A stretch of DNA of 24,251 nt from a virus (IMGVR_UViG_3300013902_000001:148000-172250); one strand, 5' to 3'. Counted from the first letter of the stretch, positions 1 through 8,474 are shown. Notes: generated from the letters alone by a model not told the origin. Program-made: numbers and translations.

Positions 1-420
1 AAAGACAAAGAAATCATTAAGAAGACCTATCGCATTCCAGAGAAAGGAGAAGAGTTTAATCCAGATGATGTTGAATTTAATCAAAATGCAACAAAATCGT
101 TTTTGCGTCATTCCGAAGAACTCGGAATGGATTTGTTTAACAATTATCCCTCCTATACTTATATAGATGGTAGATATTTTAGTTTAAGAAATCCGACTAA
201 ATTATTTAAAACTATGGACGAAATGTGTTTTGCTTACGGAGAAGCTATTAAGTTTAATCCAGAGAAACACCAAGAGGTAATGGAATTATTAGAATATGCA
301 AAAGAAAATAATCTAATTAATTCCGGAATCTGTCAGTTTATAGTAGAACGCCAATGGGATATGTATAGACAAATGCGAGATGGAGGAGAAGGAACTTTTA
401 AAACTAGTCAATTAGTATGA
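1..420 (+). CDS. Hypothetical protein upstream of the helicase, 5'-truncated by the window edge
   Basis: The frame of ORF 103..420 is open back to base 1 (KDKEIIKKTYRIPEKGEEFNPDD...). Its TGA overlaps the helicase ATG (ATGA). Confidence 0.75.
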   Translation, partial: KDKEIIKKTYRIPEKGEEFNPDDVEFNQNATKSFLRHSEELGMDLFNNYPSYTYIDGRYFSLRNPTKLFKTMDEMCFAYGEAIKFNPEKHQEVMELLEYAKENNLINSGICQFIVERQWDMYRQMRDGGEGTFKTSQLV

Positions 421-1451
421 GTATAGTAGAAAGTTTCTTTAAAAACATTAAACAAGGTAGAGAAGGACTTAACCAGGGTATTTCAACTGGAATTCCTAAG
501 TTAGACATGCTAACTTATGGGGTTCAAAGAAAATGGCTAACTGTAGTGGCTGGAGACTCAGGAAGCGGGAAAAGTGTCCTTACCCTTTATACTTATGTTT
601 ATGCTCCATTTAAGCAATATATGCAAGACAAAAGTGTCAATGTTAATTTCTTACTTTTCTCGTTTGAGATGAGTGCAGAAGTTCTTTTGGCTAAAATGTT
701 ATCTTTGTATCTTTATGATACTTACCATGAAGTCGTTACTTACGACGAAATTCTTTCTTTAACAGGTAGATGTTCGGAGAAGCACTATCAAATGATAGAA
801 GAAAGTAAATGGTGGCTTGATGAGTTCGAGAAACGAGCTGAAATCGTAGATAAGCCAGTAACAGCAAAAGGACTTTATGCAATTTGTAAGGAATGGAGTC
901 AAAAATTTGGCACATATAAGGAAGTTGGAACAATAGGAGATTATACTAAAACAGAGTATATTCCTAATGATCCAAAACAATATCTAATCGTAACAGTCGA
1001 TCATATTAAACTTCTTTCAATTAGTAGTGGACATACTTCTAAACAGGAAATTGATGAGGCTTGTGATTATCTCATTCATTTCAGGAATAAATGTAATTTT
1101 ACAGGAGTAATAGTTCAACAATTGAATAGAAACTTTAAATCGATGGACAGAAGAAATTCGGCTAACAATTTGCTAGATCTCTCAGATCTTTCAGATTCCT
1201 CAGGACCCTCGCAGGCGGCTGAGACAGTAATAGGAATTTTCCATCCTTTTAGAGAGAAAATGACTAAATGTGAAGGTTACGACATTAGACAATTATCAGA
1301 TACGTTCAGATTACTTCAAATTTTGAAACATCGATTTGGACAAGCTGATAGAAATATGGGAATTAGTTTCTTTGGACAAATAGGTCTATGGAGAGAAATT
1401 CCGCTTCCTCAAGATATTAACGATTATGAGATGTATACGCATTTAAATTAA
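417..1451 (+). CDS. dnaB: DnaB-family (SF4) replicative helicase, RecA-like domain only
   Basis: Walker A GDSGSGKS, FSFEM, VDHIKLL, QQLNR, DLSDSS and ILKHRFG match the SF4 H1-H4 motifs. Confidence 0.9.
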   Translation: MSIVESFFKNIKQGREGLNQGISTGIPKLDMLTYGVQRKWLTVVAGDSGSGKSVLTLYTYVYAPFKQYMQDKSVNVNFLLFSFEMSAEVLLAKMLSLYLYDTYHEVVTYDEILSLTGRCSEKHYQMIEESKWWLDEFEKRAEIVDKPVTAKGLYAICKEWSQKFGTYKEVGTIGDYTKTEYIPNDPKQYLIVTVDHIKLLSISSGHTSKQEIDEACDYLIHFRNKCNFTGVIVQQLNRNFKSMDRRNSANNLLDLSDLSDSSGPSQAAETVIGIFHPFREKMTKCEGYDIRQLSDTFRLLQILKHRFGQADRNMGISFFGQIGLWREIPLPQDINDYEMYTHLN

Positions 1452-1461
1452 TTTCAATATT

Positions 1462-2211
1462 ATGGGATTTTTACCAACAAAAAAGAGTGAAAAGAAAACA
1501 GACGATCCACGCAATTTAATCATATTTGGGTTGCCCAAAGCAGGCAAGACAACAGCATTAGCACAACTTCCAGACACTTTAATTGTAGATCTAGAGGATG
1601 GTAGTGATTTTGTCTCAGCCTATGTTGCAAAAGCACACTCAGTGCAGGATCTTTTCAATATTGCTAAGGCTCTTCGTGAGGAGCAACATAACTTTAAGTT
1701 CGTTGTAATTGATACAGTTACAGCATTGGAAGATATGGCAATTTCTTTGGCTTGTAAAAGAGCAAAAGAATCTAATCCTAATTTCTCAGGAAATGCTTCT
1801 GATTTGTTTAACTTGCCTTATGGTGCTGGTTATGTAGCACAACGTAATGCGGTTAAGGAAATTATTGGATGGTTCGAGAAAGTAGTTCCAAATCTTATAT
1901 TAGTAGGTCATGTTCGTGAGAAAGCTTTGAATGAAGCTCAGACTGATCTTAATGTTAAGAGTTTGGATTTGGGAGGAAAATTGTCTAATATTCTTTCAGC
2001 TAGTTCTGACGCTATTTGTTATGTATATCGAGATCCAGAAAATGGAAATCTTATGGCCAATTTTGGTGATATGAATTCAGTTCTTACTGGTGCTCGTATG
2101 CCTCATCTAGCAGGTAAAACCATTCTTCTTGCCGAAAGGATTCAGAAAGAAAATGGTGATTATGATGTTAAAACTCACTGGGAAAATATTTATCCAAGTC
2201 TAAAGCAATGA
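1462..2211 (+). CDS. AAA_24 / Sak4-like P-loop ATPase (recombination or annealing)
   Basis: Walker A GLPKAGKT, VDLEDGS, Walker B VVIDTVT, LVGH; lies next to an SSB-like gene. Confidence 0.8.
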   Translation: MGFLPTKKSEKKTDDPRNLIIFGLPKAGKTTALAQLPDTLIVDLEDGSDFVSAYVAKAHSVQDLFNIAKALREEQHNFKFVVIDTVTALEDMAISLACKRAKESNPNFSGNASDLFNLPYGAGYVAQRNAVKEIIGWFEKVVPNLILVGHVREKALNEAQTDLNVKSLDLGGKLSNILSASSDAICYVYRDPENGNLMANFGDMNSVLTGARMPHLAGKTILLAERIQKENGDYDVKTHWENIYPSLKQ

Positions 2212-2594
2212 AAGATTTTGAACTAAAAGACGGAAAGGCTGTTTTAAGTTTAAGACTTGTTCAACTATTAAATGTAAAACCTAAGGATAGAATAATTATA
2301 GAATATGCTAATAAAGAAGATAAACTTATTCCTATAATTAAGAAATCCGATTCTGGAAAACTTCTATCTGCCTCTAATACGTTTGTTTGCAGAGGTAAAG
2401 ATAGAGATTTTCTGGAGCAGTTTGGAGATGAATTTGAGGTAGAGGAATGTGATGGGATTTTGTATTTAAAGGGAAACAAGGAATTTACAGTATTTACAAG
2501 TGTTAAACAAGCAGTAAAAGAAAATTATTTAGATTTAAAAATATGCACAGATACAAATTACAATATAGAAAAATTTTCTGAATATAAATTATGA
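2208..2594 (+). CDS. Hypothetical protein (N-terminus loosely AbrB-like)
   Basis: 128-aa ORF with ATGA overlaps at both ends. LSLRLVQLLNVKPKDRIIIEY resembles a swapped-hairpin motif (weak). Confidence 0.6.
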   Translation: MKDFELKDGKAVLSLRLVQLLNVKPKDRIIIEYANKEDKLIPIIKKSDSGKLLSASNTFVCRGKDRDFLEQFGDEFEVEECDGILYLKGNKEFTVFTSVKQAVKENYLDLKICTDTNYNIEKFSEYKL

Positions 2595-3277
2595 CAGGTT
2601 TTGATTTTGGAATGACTGCAGGTGCTAGTCAGTCAACAGTACGTAAACAATTGGAAGGTAATCAAATTTACGAAGTAACTTTTGATGGTTGTGAATCTCG
2701 AGATTTTGAGAGTTCTCAGAAACCAGGACAAAAGTTTAAAGTTCTAGAAATTAAGTTTTCTAGTGATGAAGGTGATTTTAAAGATACAGTTTGGGCTCCT
2801 AATCCAGATACAGATTTTGAAGATCGCCCGGGTCCTTATGGTCCCCAACCTTCTAATGTAAAGGCGATGATGCTGAAGTTTAAGCACCTTATTGACGCGG
2901 TTAATCCTGAATTGGGTAAGAAGATTGATTCTGGGGAACAAAACCTTAACGTATCTGCTCCTAATCCTGATGTAGCTTGGGATAATCTTCGACAACTGAT
3001 GGTAAAAGCAACTGCTCCTGGCGTGGGAGTAAAGACTAAGATTAAGCTGATTAAAAATAATAAGGGAGATGCTATTTTCCCATATTTTGCCAACTATAAT
3101 CGTGCTGGTCAGTTGTATATGTCAACTAATTTTATTGGCGATAATATCTTCTGGACTACTAAAGAATTGAATAAGATTAATGCTGCTAATACAGCAAAAC
3201 CGACTTCTTCCGATTCTTTTAGTTTGGATGATAAGAAAGATGAAACTGCTACAACGGCGATTGATTATAATTTCTAA
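2591..3277 (+). CDS. Putative single-stranded DNA-binding protein (DUF669-like)
   Basis: Sits between the AAA_24 ATPase and the primase; beta-rich N-terminus; acidic tail ending in an aromatic residue (SDSFSLDDKKDETATTAIDYNF). Confidence 0.6.
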   Translation: MTGFDFGMTAGASQSTVRKQLEGNQIYEVTFDGCESRDFESSQKPGQKFKVLEIKFSSDEGDFKDTVWAPNPDTDFEDRPGPYGPQPSNVKAMMLKFKHLIDAVNPELGKKIDSGEQNLNVSAPNPDVAWDNLRQLMVKATAPGVGVKTKIKLIKNNKGDAIFPYFANYNRAGQLYMSTNFIGDNIFWTTKELNKINAANTAKPTSSDSFSLDDKKDETATTAIDYNF

Positions 3278-4314
3278 TGATTTTTGAACTTCCTAAAACT
3301 CAACCAAAAATTACTAAAGAATTTTTATTGAGCAAAAACACGGAAGAAACTTACATGAGTACTTATCTCGGGGTTCCTGTTAAAAAGGGACTCCAGATAA
3401 GTCCTCTTCGTAAGGATCACAAACCAACTGCTTCTTTCTATAGAAATAAAAAGAATGAATTGATTTTTCATGATTTTGGAATTGGTTTTCACGGTAATTT
3501 CTTAGATGTGGTAATGTATATAAATAAATGCACTTACTCACAAGCTTTGAATATTATTGCCGAAGATTTCAAATATATAGAAAAGAGCAGTGAACGTGAA
3601 CCTGTAAAAATTCGAGCTAGTAATGTAATAATTGAGGAAAAATCTGAGACTTTAATTCAGATTGAAGATCAACCATTTCAAGATTACGAGTTAAGATGGT
3701 GGGAATCTTTTGGAATTCATGAATCAACTCTTAAAAAATTTAAGGTTCATTCGTGTAAATCTATCTTTTTAAATGGTAATTATTATCGTTCCAGTAGTCA
3801 GAGAAGTAATATTTTCGGATATTACGGAGGAAAGAAAAATGGTATAGAATTATGGAGAATTTATTTTCCACAAATGCGAGAATATCGATTTCTTTCTAAT
3901 TGGTCAAAAGATATGATTCAAGGTTCTAAACAAATACCTAGTAACCCAGATTATTTAGTAATTACTAAATCTATGAAGGATACTATGAATTTGTATGAAT
4001 CAAAAATACCCGCTATAGCACCCTGTAGTGAAACGGTTTTGATTGAACCAAAACAAATGGATAGAATAAAAAAATTAACTTCTAATATATGTTATTTAGG
4101 AGATAACGATTTACCAGGGGTTAAAGGAGCTCATAAATATAAAAAGCAGTATCCATTTATTAGATGTATATTTATAAAGCGAAAGTATGCTAAAGATATT
4201 TCCGATTTGTATAAATATGTAGGAAAGAAAGATCACGAAGAAGCGATGGAAGAGTTAAAAGAAATTTTTAATGATAAAGAAAAAAGGGAAACAAAGCACT
4301 TCTGGATCTTCTAA
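3277..4314 (+). CDS. dnaG: DnaG-like Toprim DNA primase
   Basis: Degenerate Zn-finger region SPLRKDHKPTASFY...FHDFG; Toprim-like VITKSMKD, APCSE and GDND. Confidence 0.8.
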   Translation: MIFELPKTQPKITKEFLLSKNTEETYMSTYLGVPVKKGLQISPLRKDHKPTASFYRNKKNELIFHDFGIGFHGNFLDVVMYINKCTYSQALNIIAEDFKYIEKSSEREPVKIRASNVIIEEKSETLIQIEDQPFQDYELRWWESFGIHESTLKKFKVHSCKSIFLNGNYYRSSSQRSNIFGYYGGKKNGIELWRIYFPQMREYRFLSNWSKDMIQGSKQIPSNPDYLVITKSMKDTMNLYESKIPAIAPCSETVLIEPKQMDRIKKLTSNICYLGDNDLPGVKGAHKYKKQYPFIRCIFIKRKYAKDISDLYKYVGKKDHEEAMEELKEIFNDKEKRETKHFWIF

Positions 4315-4684
4315 GAGTAAAAGTTCCATAGGGAAAGCTAATAGACGTCGGGGTCACGCTTATGAACGAAAGATCGTGAATGAAATGAAAGAAGTTACAA
4401 AGAATGAAAATTTATGTAGTTCTAGATCTGAATCACGCGTTCTCGACAATAAAAAAATTGATATATGTGATCCCGATAATGTATTACCGTGTTATTTTCA
4501 AATTAAATGCACACAATCAGTTCCTAAGATTAAGCAAATTAACGAGGAAGTGGGATTACATGACAAACCATTAGCGATTATATGGAATGCTCAAGAAGCT
4601 CGAGAAAGTAAACAAGTTTCTGTTGGAGAATATGCTATTATTCCAAAAGATTTCTTTTATAAACTCTTAAAACAGTTATATTAA
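4271..4684 (+). CDS. Hjc-type PD-(D/E)XK Holliday junction resolvase-like nuclease
   Basis: NRRRGHAYERKIV ... KIDI ... YFQIK pattern, basic N-terminal tail, replication context. Confidence 0.7.
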   Translation: MIKKKGKQSTSGSSKSKSSIGKANRRRGHAYERKIVNEMKEVTKNENLCSSRSESRVLDNKKIDICDPDNVLPCYFQIKCTQSVPKIKQINEEVGLHDKPLAIIWNAQEARESKQVSVGEYAIIPKDFFYKLLKQLY

Positions 4685-4687
4685 TTA

Positions 4688-5677
4688 ATGAATATTGACA
4701 ATTTTAAAGCACCACTAAATGGCGGAAACGCTACTACAGGTGAAAAACACATTGAAAATATTTTACAGCAAGTTAGTAAAAAATTAAACTTTTATTACGT
4801 TAGAGAAGTTAAAATAGGATATTTTCGAGACAGAAGAAGAAGGGCTGATTTTTGTTTTAATTACAAAGGTCGAACTTTTTTAATCGAATTTGATGGATTA
4901 CAACACAGTCAGCCTATCGAGAAATTTGGGGGATGGTATTCCTGGAAAGACACTCAAGCTAGAGATCATTGGGAAAATAACGTATTTTGTCCTCAAAATA
5001 ACATTTGTCTTATAAGATATAAAGTTTTTTGTAAATATCCAGAAGTAATGAAGCAAATGGAAGCTCAACAAAAGTTGATAGATTCTATTACTCCAGAAAG
5101 ACTTGAAAGAGATATTCAAAAAGCTATGCAGTGTCGATATGTTCAAAATAGTGTATCTTATTGTAGACCGAGATTGACGGTGTCATTAGACCTGGATGGG
5201 ACTGTGCTTGACTGGGGAAAATCTCACGAAAAGAAATTTAAATGCCAAATTTCTAATCTAACTGACACTCAAATTGCTCGTCAAGTAGAAAAATGTCGTT
5301 ATGATAAACAGTTTTGGGAAAATCTCGAATTAATCGAAAAACCTGATTTTGAGCCAGTGAATTATTGCACTAAACGTATAAATAGTAAAACTTATACTCG
5401 CAATTGTTTGAAAAAGAATGGACTTCCGATTAAACCTATTTATCAAGTAATCGCACAATGTTCTAACAAAGCTCGATATATCAAAGGGAGATGTGATATA
5501 CTTATTGACGATTCTTATTCTAACGTTAAAGATTGTATAGAAGCAGGACTCCCCGCACTTCTCATTACAAGAGAACACAATAAACACATAGATACACCAT
5601 ATAGAATTAAACATTTGAAATATCAGGAAATTGCAGATAAATATTACCAGCTAAAAAGAGAAGGCAAATGGAAATAG
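4688..5677 (+). CDS. Fusion of a Vsr/DUF559-like endonuclease domain with a HAD-family 5'(3')-deoxyribonucleotidase-like domain
   Basis: N-half RADF...LIEFDGLQH...QARD...ICLIRY. C-half HAD motif I SLDLDGT and motif IV ILIDDS. Only gene in the window ending in TAG (5675-5677). Confidence 0.75.
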   Translation: MNIDNFKAPLNGGNATTGEKHIENILQQVSKKLNFYYVREVKIGYFRDRRRRADFCFNYKGRTFLIEFDGLQHSQPIEKFGGWYSWKDTQARDHWENNVFCPQNNICLIRYKVFCKYPEVMKQMEAQQKLIDSITPERLERDIQKAMQCRYVQNSVSYCRPRLTVSLDLDGTVLDWGKSHEKKFKCQISNLTDTQIARQVEKCRYDKQFWENLELIEKPDFEPVNYCTKRINSKTYTRNCLKKNGLPIKPIYQVIAQCSNKARYIKGRCDILIDDSYSNVKDCIEAGLPALLITREHNKHIDTPYRIKHLKYQEIADKYYQLKREGKWK

Positions 5678-5862
5678 ACTTTTCTAATTGCACAGTAGAA
5701 TTTAAAAATATTCGTGGAGGAAAAGTTCCAGATAGCGAATATTTTAAAATGCCTGGAATTAGTAATTCTCGACTAAAATATATTAATCCATTAGAAGGTG
5801 GAAGTCCTCAATTATTTAAAGAAGGAATTCCATTTAAATATAATCCAAGTTTAGTCACGGGT
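5668..5862 (+). CDS. PD-(D/E)XK exonuclease (RecE/Cas4-like fold), exon 1
   Basis: 65 codons (EYF...ISNSRLK...PSLVTG) that join exon 2 in frame to give SLVTG|TAIHSQLL. Confidence 0.85.
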
Positions 5863-7245
5863 ACAATTTTCATTATTAATTTTTAAATATTATGACACAA
5901 TCTCAAGAAGAAATTATAAAGATATTATAGAATCAATGGCCTAATATTATTTTAACAAGTCCATGTCAAAGTGCACATACAAAAGTAGATTTTAAATGTC
6001 TAAATTGTGGATATGAATGGAACACCACTTTCTATTCAACATTGCACTCCAAATGTGGATGTCCTAATTGCGGAGTAAAAGAAGCTTTTCGTAAAAGATC
6101 CATAGAATATGTTAAGTCTAAACTTTCAGATTAGTTTGAATTAGTAGAGTATAAAGATCCCATGCATATTTCCGTTAAATGTAAGGATTGTGGTAATATT
6201 CGAACTACTACAACTAGCAATTTGAGGCGTTATGGATGCAAAGCGTGTTCTTCTAAGAGAGCAGGATAGAATTGTGCAAAATCCTAGGAACAATTTATAG
6301 AGGAAGCTACTAAAATTCATAATAACAAATATGATTATTCAAAAGTAGAATATACTAACTGTCATACTAAAGTTTGTATTATTTGTCCAGAACACGGTGA
6401 ATTTTGGCAAGCTCCTTTAAAACATATTTGTTCTTAGCACGGATGTCCAAAATGTGCAGGTTATGGCACAACGTTAAATGATTTTTTACTTGCAGCAAAA
6501 GAAACTTTTGGAGATTTCTATAATTACGATAAAGTAATTTATAAAAACTTAGTTACTCCTGTAACAGTAACATGCCCTATTCATGGAGATTTTAGGTCAT
6601 TCCACAAAATCATATAAATTAGCGATGTGCTTGTCACCAGTGTAATGAATCATCTGGAGAAAAACTTGTTAATTCGATTTTAGAAAAATTACAAATTCCG
6701 TTTACTAGAGAGGTAAGTATCCTAAATCCATATAATCAAAATCATAATTTTAGAGTTGATTTTTATATTAAATATAATAATCAAGACTATATTATCGAGT
6801 ATAATGGAATTTAGCATTACAAATCTGTTAAGTTATGGGATGGAGATTTAGGACTAAAAATACGTTAGGCTAGAGATCAACACTTGAGATAGTACTGTTA
6901 AGATAACAGTATTCATTTATTAGAAATTAAATATGACAATAAAAACGTCGAAGAAACAATACGAGCGTTTTTAAATGTGCCGTCTGTCCAGGCAACTGAA
7001 CAGATTATTACGGAGCAAAAACGGTGAAGACTGAGATGTTAATACCGTGCTAACTATTAAGATTGCGAAAGGCTTAATAGTAGTGTAGAGCGTAGAAGGT
7101 GAATAAATATAATCCTTCCAAGAGTGTTCCGCATCCAATGGAAGACTAGAAATAGTCTTCCATTTTTTGGATGAAAATGTACGCCGAACTATAATAAAAT
7201 GAAATTATAGAAATGAGAATAAAAAGTCTCATGATAACAAAATTG
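5863..7245 (+). mobile_element. Group I intron (IA2-like) in the PD-(D/E)XK nuclease gene, endonuclease ORF in loop L1
   Basis: Exon ends in U (5862) and intron ends in G (7245). IGS GTGCCGT 6977-6983 pairs with ACGGGT|AC. P2 at 6983-7004. P3 CGGAGCA 7011-7017 / TGTTCCG 7125-7131. P7 GCGTA 7090-7094 / TACGC 7180-7184. P8 CATCCAA/TTGGATG with a long GAAA-capped stem. P9 hairpins CTATAAT/ATTATAG and ATGAGA/TCTCAT. Confidence 0.9.
5892..7027 (+). pseudogene. Intron-encoded homing endonuclease (Cys/His zinc repeats, DUF723-like, plus Vsr/DUF559-like catalytic domain) using TAG=Gln, with a 1-nt frameshift (~6593) and a TAA (6899)
   Basis: Hand translation from ATG 5892: the only interruptions to 6593 are TAG. 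It gives YDYSKVEYTNCHTKVCIICPEHGEFW..CPKC repeats. After a -1 shift it gives FRVDFYI...IEYNGI*HY...R*ARD...IHLLEIKY, ending at TGA 7025-7027. About 378 codons. Confidence 0.85.
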
Positions 7246-8106
7246 ACAGCTATACATAGTCAGCTTCTTTCGGAAGATGAGTATGATATTAGTGAATACG
7301 AAGGGAAACCTAGTGCCAAATTAGGCTATTTTATTGACTGTATATACGAGTTCAGACAACAAGGTAATACAATTGCCCAGTCGATAGAATTAGCGTCTCA
7401 GAAAGCAGAATATTGGGCTGGTAAATTAACTAAAAATAGGATTAGAAAAGCTATTAAAGAAGGATTAGACTATTATCTTAGAAAAGTAAATGAAGAATTT
7501 ACTGTCCCAGGTAAAGAAGTTTTTGTTCTTCCAAAGGCTCAATTGGAATCCTGTAAAAGAGCAATTCGCTCGTTGAAAAATGAGCCTAAATTAAAACAAT
7601 TATTTGCTGATAATATGTTTATTTCAAAGCAATTTCTTAATGAATTTGCTTTTTTCGTTGATATAGATGTTACACTATCTACTGGAGATAAAATTACTAT
7701 CCCGTTTAAGGGAAAAGCAGACAATATAATTATAGATCCCGAAACTAAAACTATTTATCTTAATGATATTAAGACCACTTCTAAACCTGTTGAATGTTTC
7801 ATGGGAGGTTTATATGAAGGAGCTTGGTACGATGGTTCGTGGGAAAAGCTTCATTATTTTCGTCAATTCGCAATATATTTGATGATGCTTCAAATGTATG
7901 TTGAGCAGGAATTAGAACTTACAGACTATAATTATAAATGTAATGTGTTTGTGGTGGAAACCACTGGTAATAATAAAGCTAGAACTTATCCAGTGAATAA
8001 TTCATTTATTCAATATGGTGCAAAAGAGTTTAAAGAGTTAATTTGCAGAGTTGCATTTCACGAAATTTATGGATACGATAAAGAAATCGAAAGCATCGAC
8101 TATTGA
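7246..8106 (+). CDS. PD-(D/E)XK exonuclease, exon 2 (spliced product ~351 aa)
   Basis: TAIH motif, then FKGKADNII...LNDIKTT (D...D-x-K) and YFRQFAIY. The first 11 codons of the listed ORF are intron P9 sequence. Confidence 0.85.
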   Translation, partial: TAIHSQLLSEDEYDISEYEGKPSAKLGYFIDCIYEFRQQGNTIAQSIELASQKAEYWAGKLTKNRIRKAIKEGLDYYLRKVNEEFTVPGKEVFVLPKAQLESCKRAIRSLKNEPKLKQLFADNMFISKQFLNEFAFFVDIDVTLSTGDKITIPFKGKADNIIIDPETKTIYLNDIKTTSKPVECFMGGLYEGAWYDGSWEKLHYFRQFAIYLMMLQMYVEQELELTDYNYKCNVFVVETTGNNKARTYPVNNSFIQYGAKEFKELICRVAFHEIYGYDKEIESIDY

Positions 8107-8122
8107 TTTATCTCAAATTACG

Positions 8123-8473
8123 ATGAATGGAAAAAGAGATTTATATCTCCAATTCTTTTCATCTAAAACAAATACAAATCAAAGTTTTGCTGATAAAATA
8201 GAATTACTAACATTGCTAGGATTTTTAACTCAAGGATTATGTAAAAGAAATCCAGAACTTTTTAAGAATTCCTATGATGTTCTAACAAAATATATTTATC
8301 CAAATGGACAATTAGGAGAGTTTGGAGATGAAGAATATATACAAGGAATTAGTATAGTTTGTGATGATTTGATATGGGGAGTAAATTCCATACCAAAACC
8401 AGATAAATATAGCAGTTCTACTGAATTACGAGATCGAATTAAAGAATTAATTTCTCAATGGTTGCCGTTCTAA
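8123..8473 (+). CDS. Hypothetical protein
   Basis: ORF 8051..8473; ATG 8123 is the more plausible start because it lies just after the upstream stop. Confidence 0.65.
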   Translation: MNGKRDLYLQFFSSKTNTNQSFADKIELLTLLGFLTQGLCKRNPELFKNSYDVLTKYIYPNGQLGEFGDEEYIQGISIVCDDLIWGVNSIPKPDKYSSSTELRDRIKELISQWLPF

Positions 8474-8474
8474 T

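Noticed and set aside
417-4314. Helicase lacking the DnaB N-terminal domain and primase with a Cys-free Zn-finger region
   Set aside because: Such compact forms are usual for this kind of phage and are not evidence of damage or novelty.
5863-5886. C-terminal tail TIFIINF of ORF 5668..5886 and N-terminal MRIKSLMITKL of ORF 7213
   Set aside because: Both are intron sequence, read in frame only in the unspliced RNA.
7132-7173. Strong hairpin followed by a T-run, resembling an intrinsic terminator
   Set aside because: It is the P8 stem of the intron (CATCCAA/TTGGATG closing a GAAA-capped stem). A secondary terminator role cannot be excluded but is not supported.
5864-7245. 7-nt inverted match at the intron ends (CAATTTT 5864-5870 / AAAATTG 7239-7245) suggesting a transposon or IStron
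   Set aside because: Short and AT-rich, with no transposase or target duplication beyond the ACA expected from P1/P10. The group I core explains the element.
7246-8106. Cas4-like nuclease as a sign of a CRISPR system
   Set aside because: No repeat-spacer array or other cas gene is visible, and the four-Cys Fe-S signature of Cas4 is not evident. PD-(D/E)XK exonucleases are normal in phage recombination modules.
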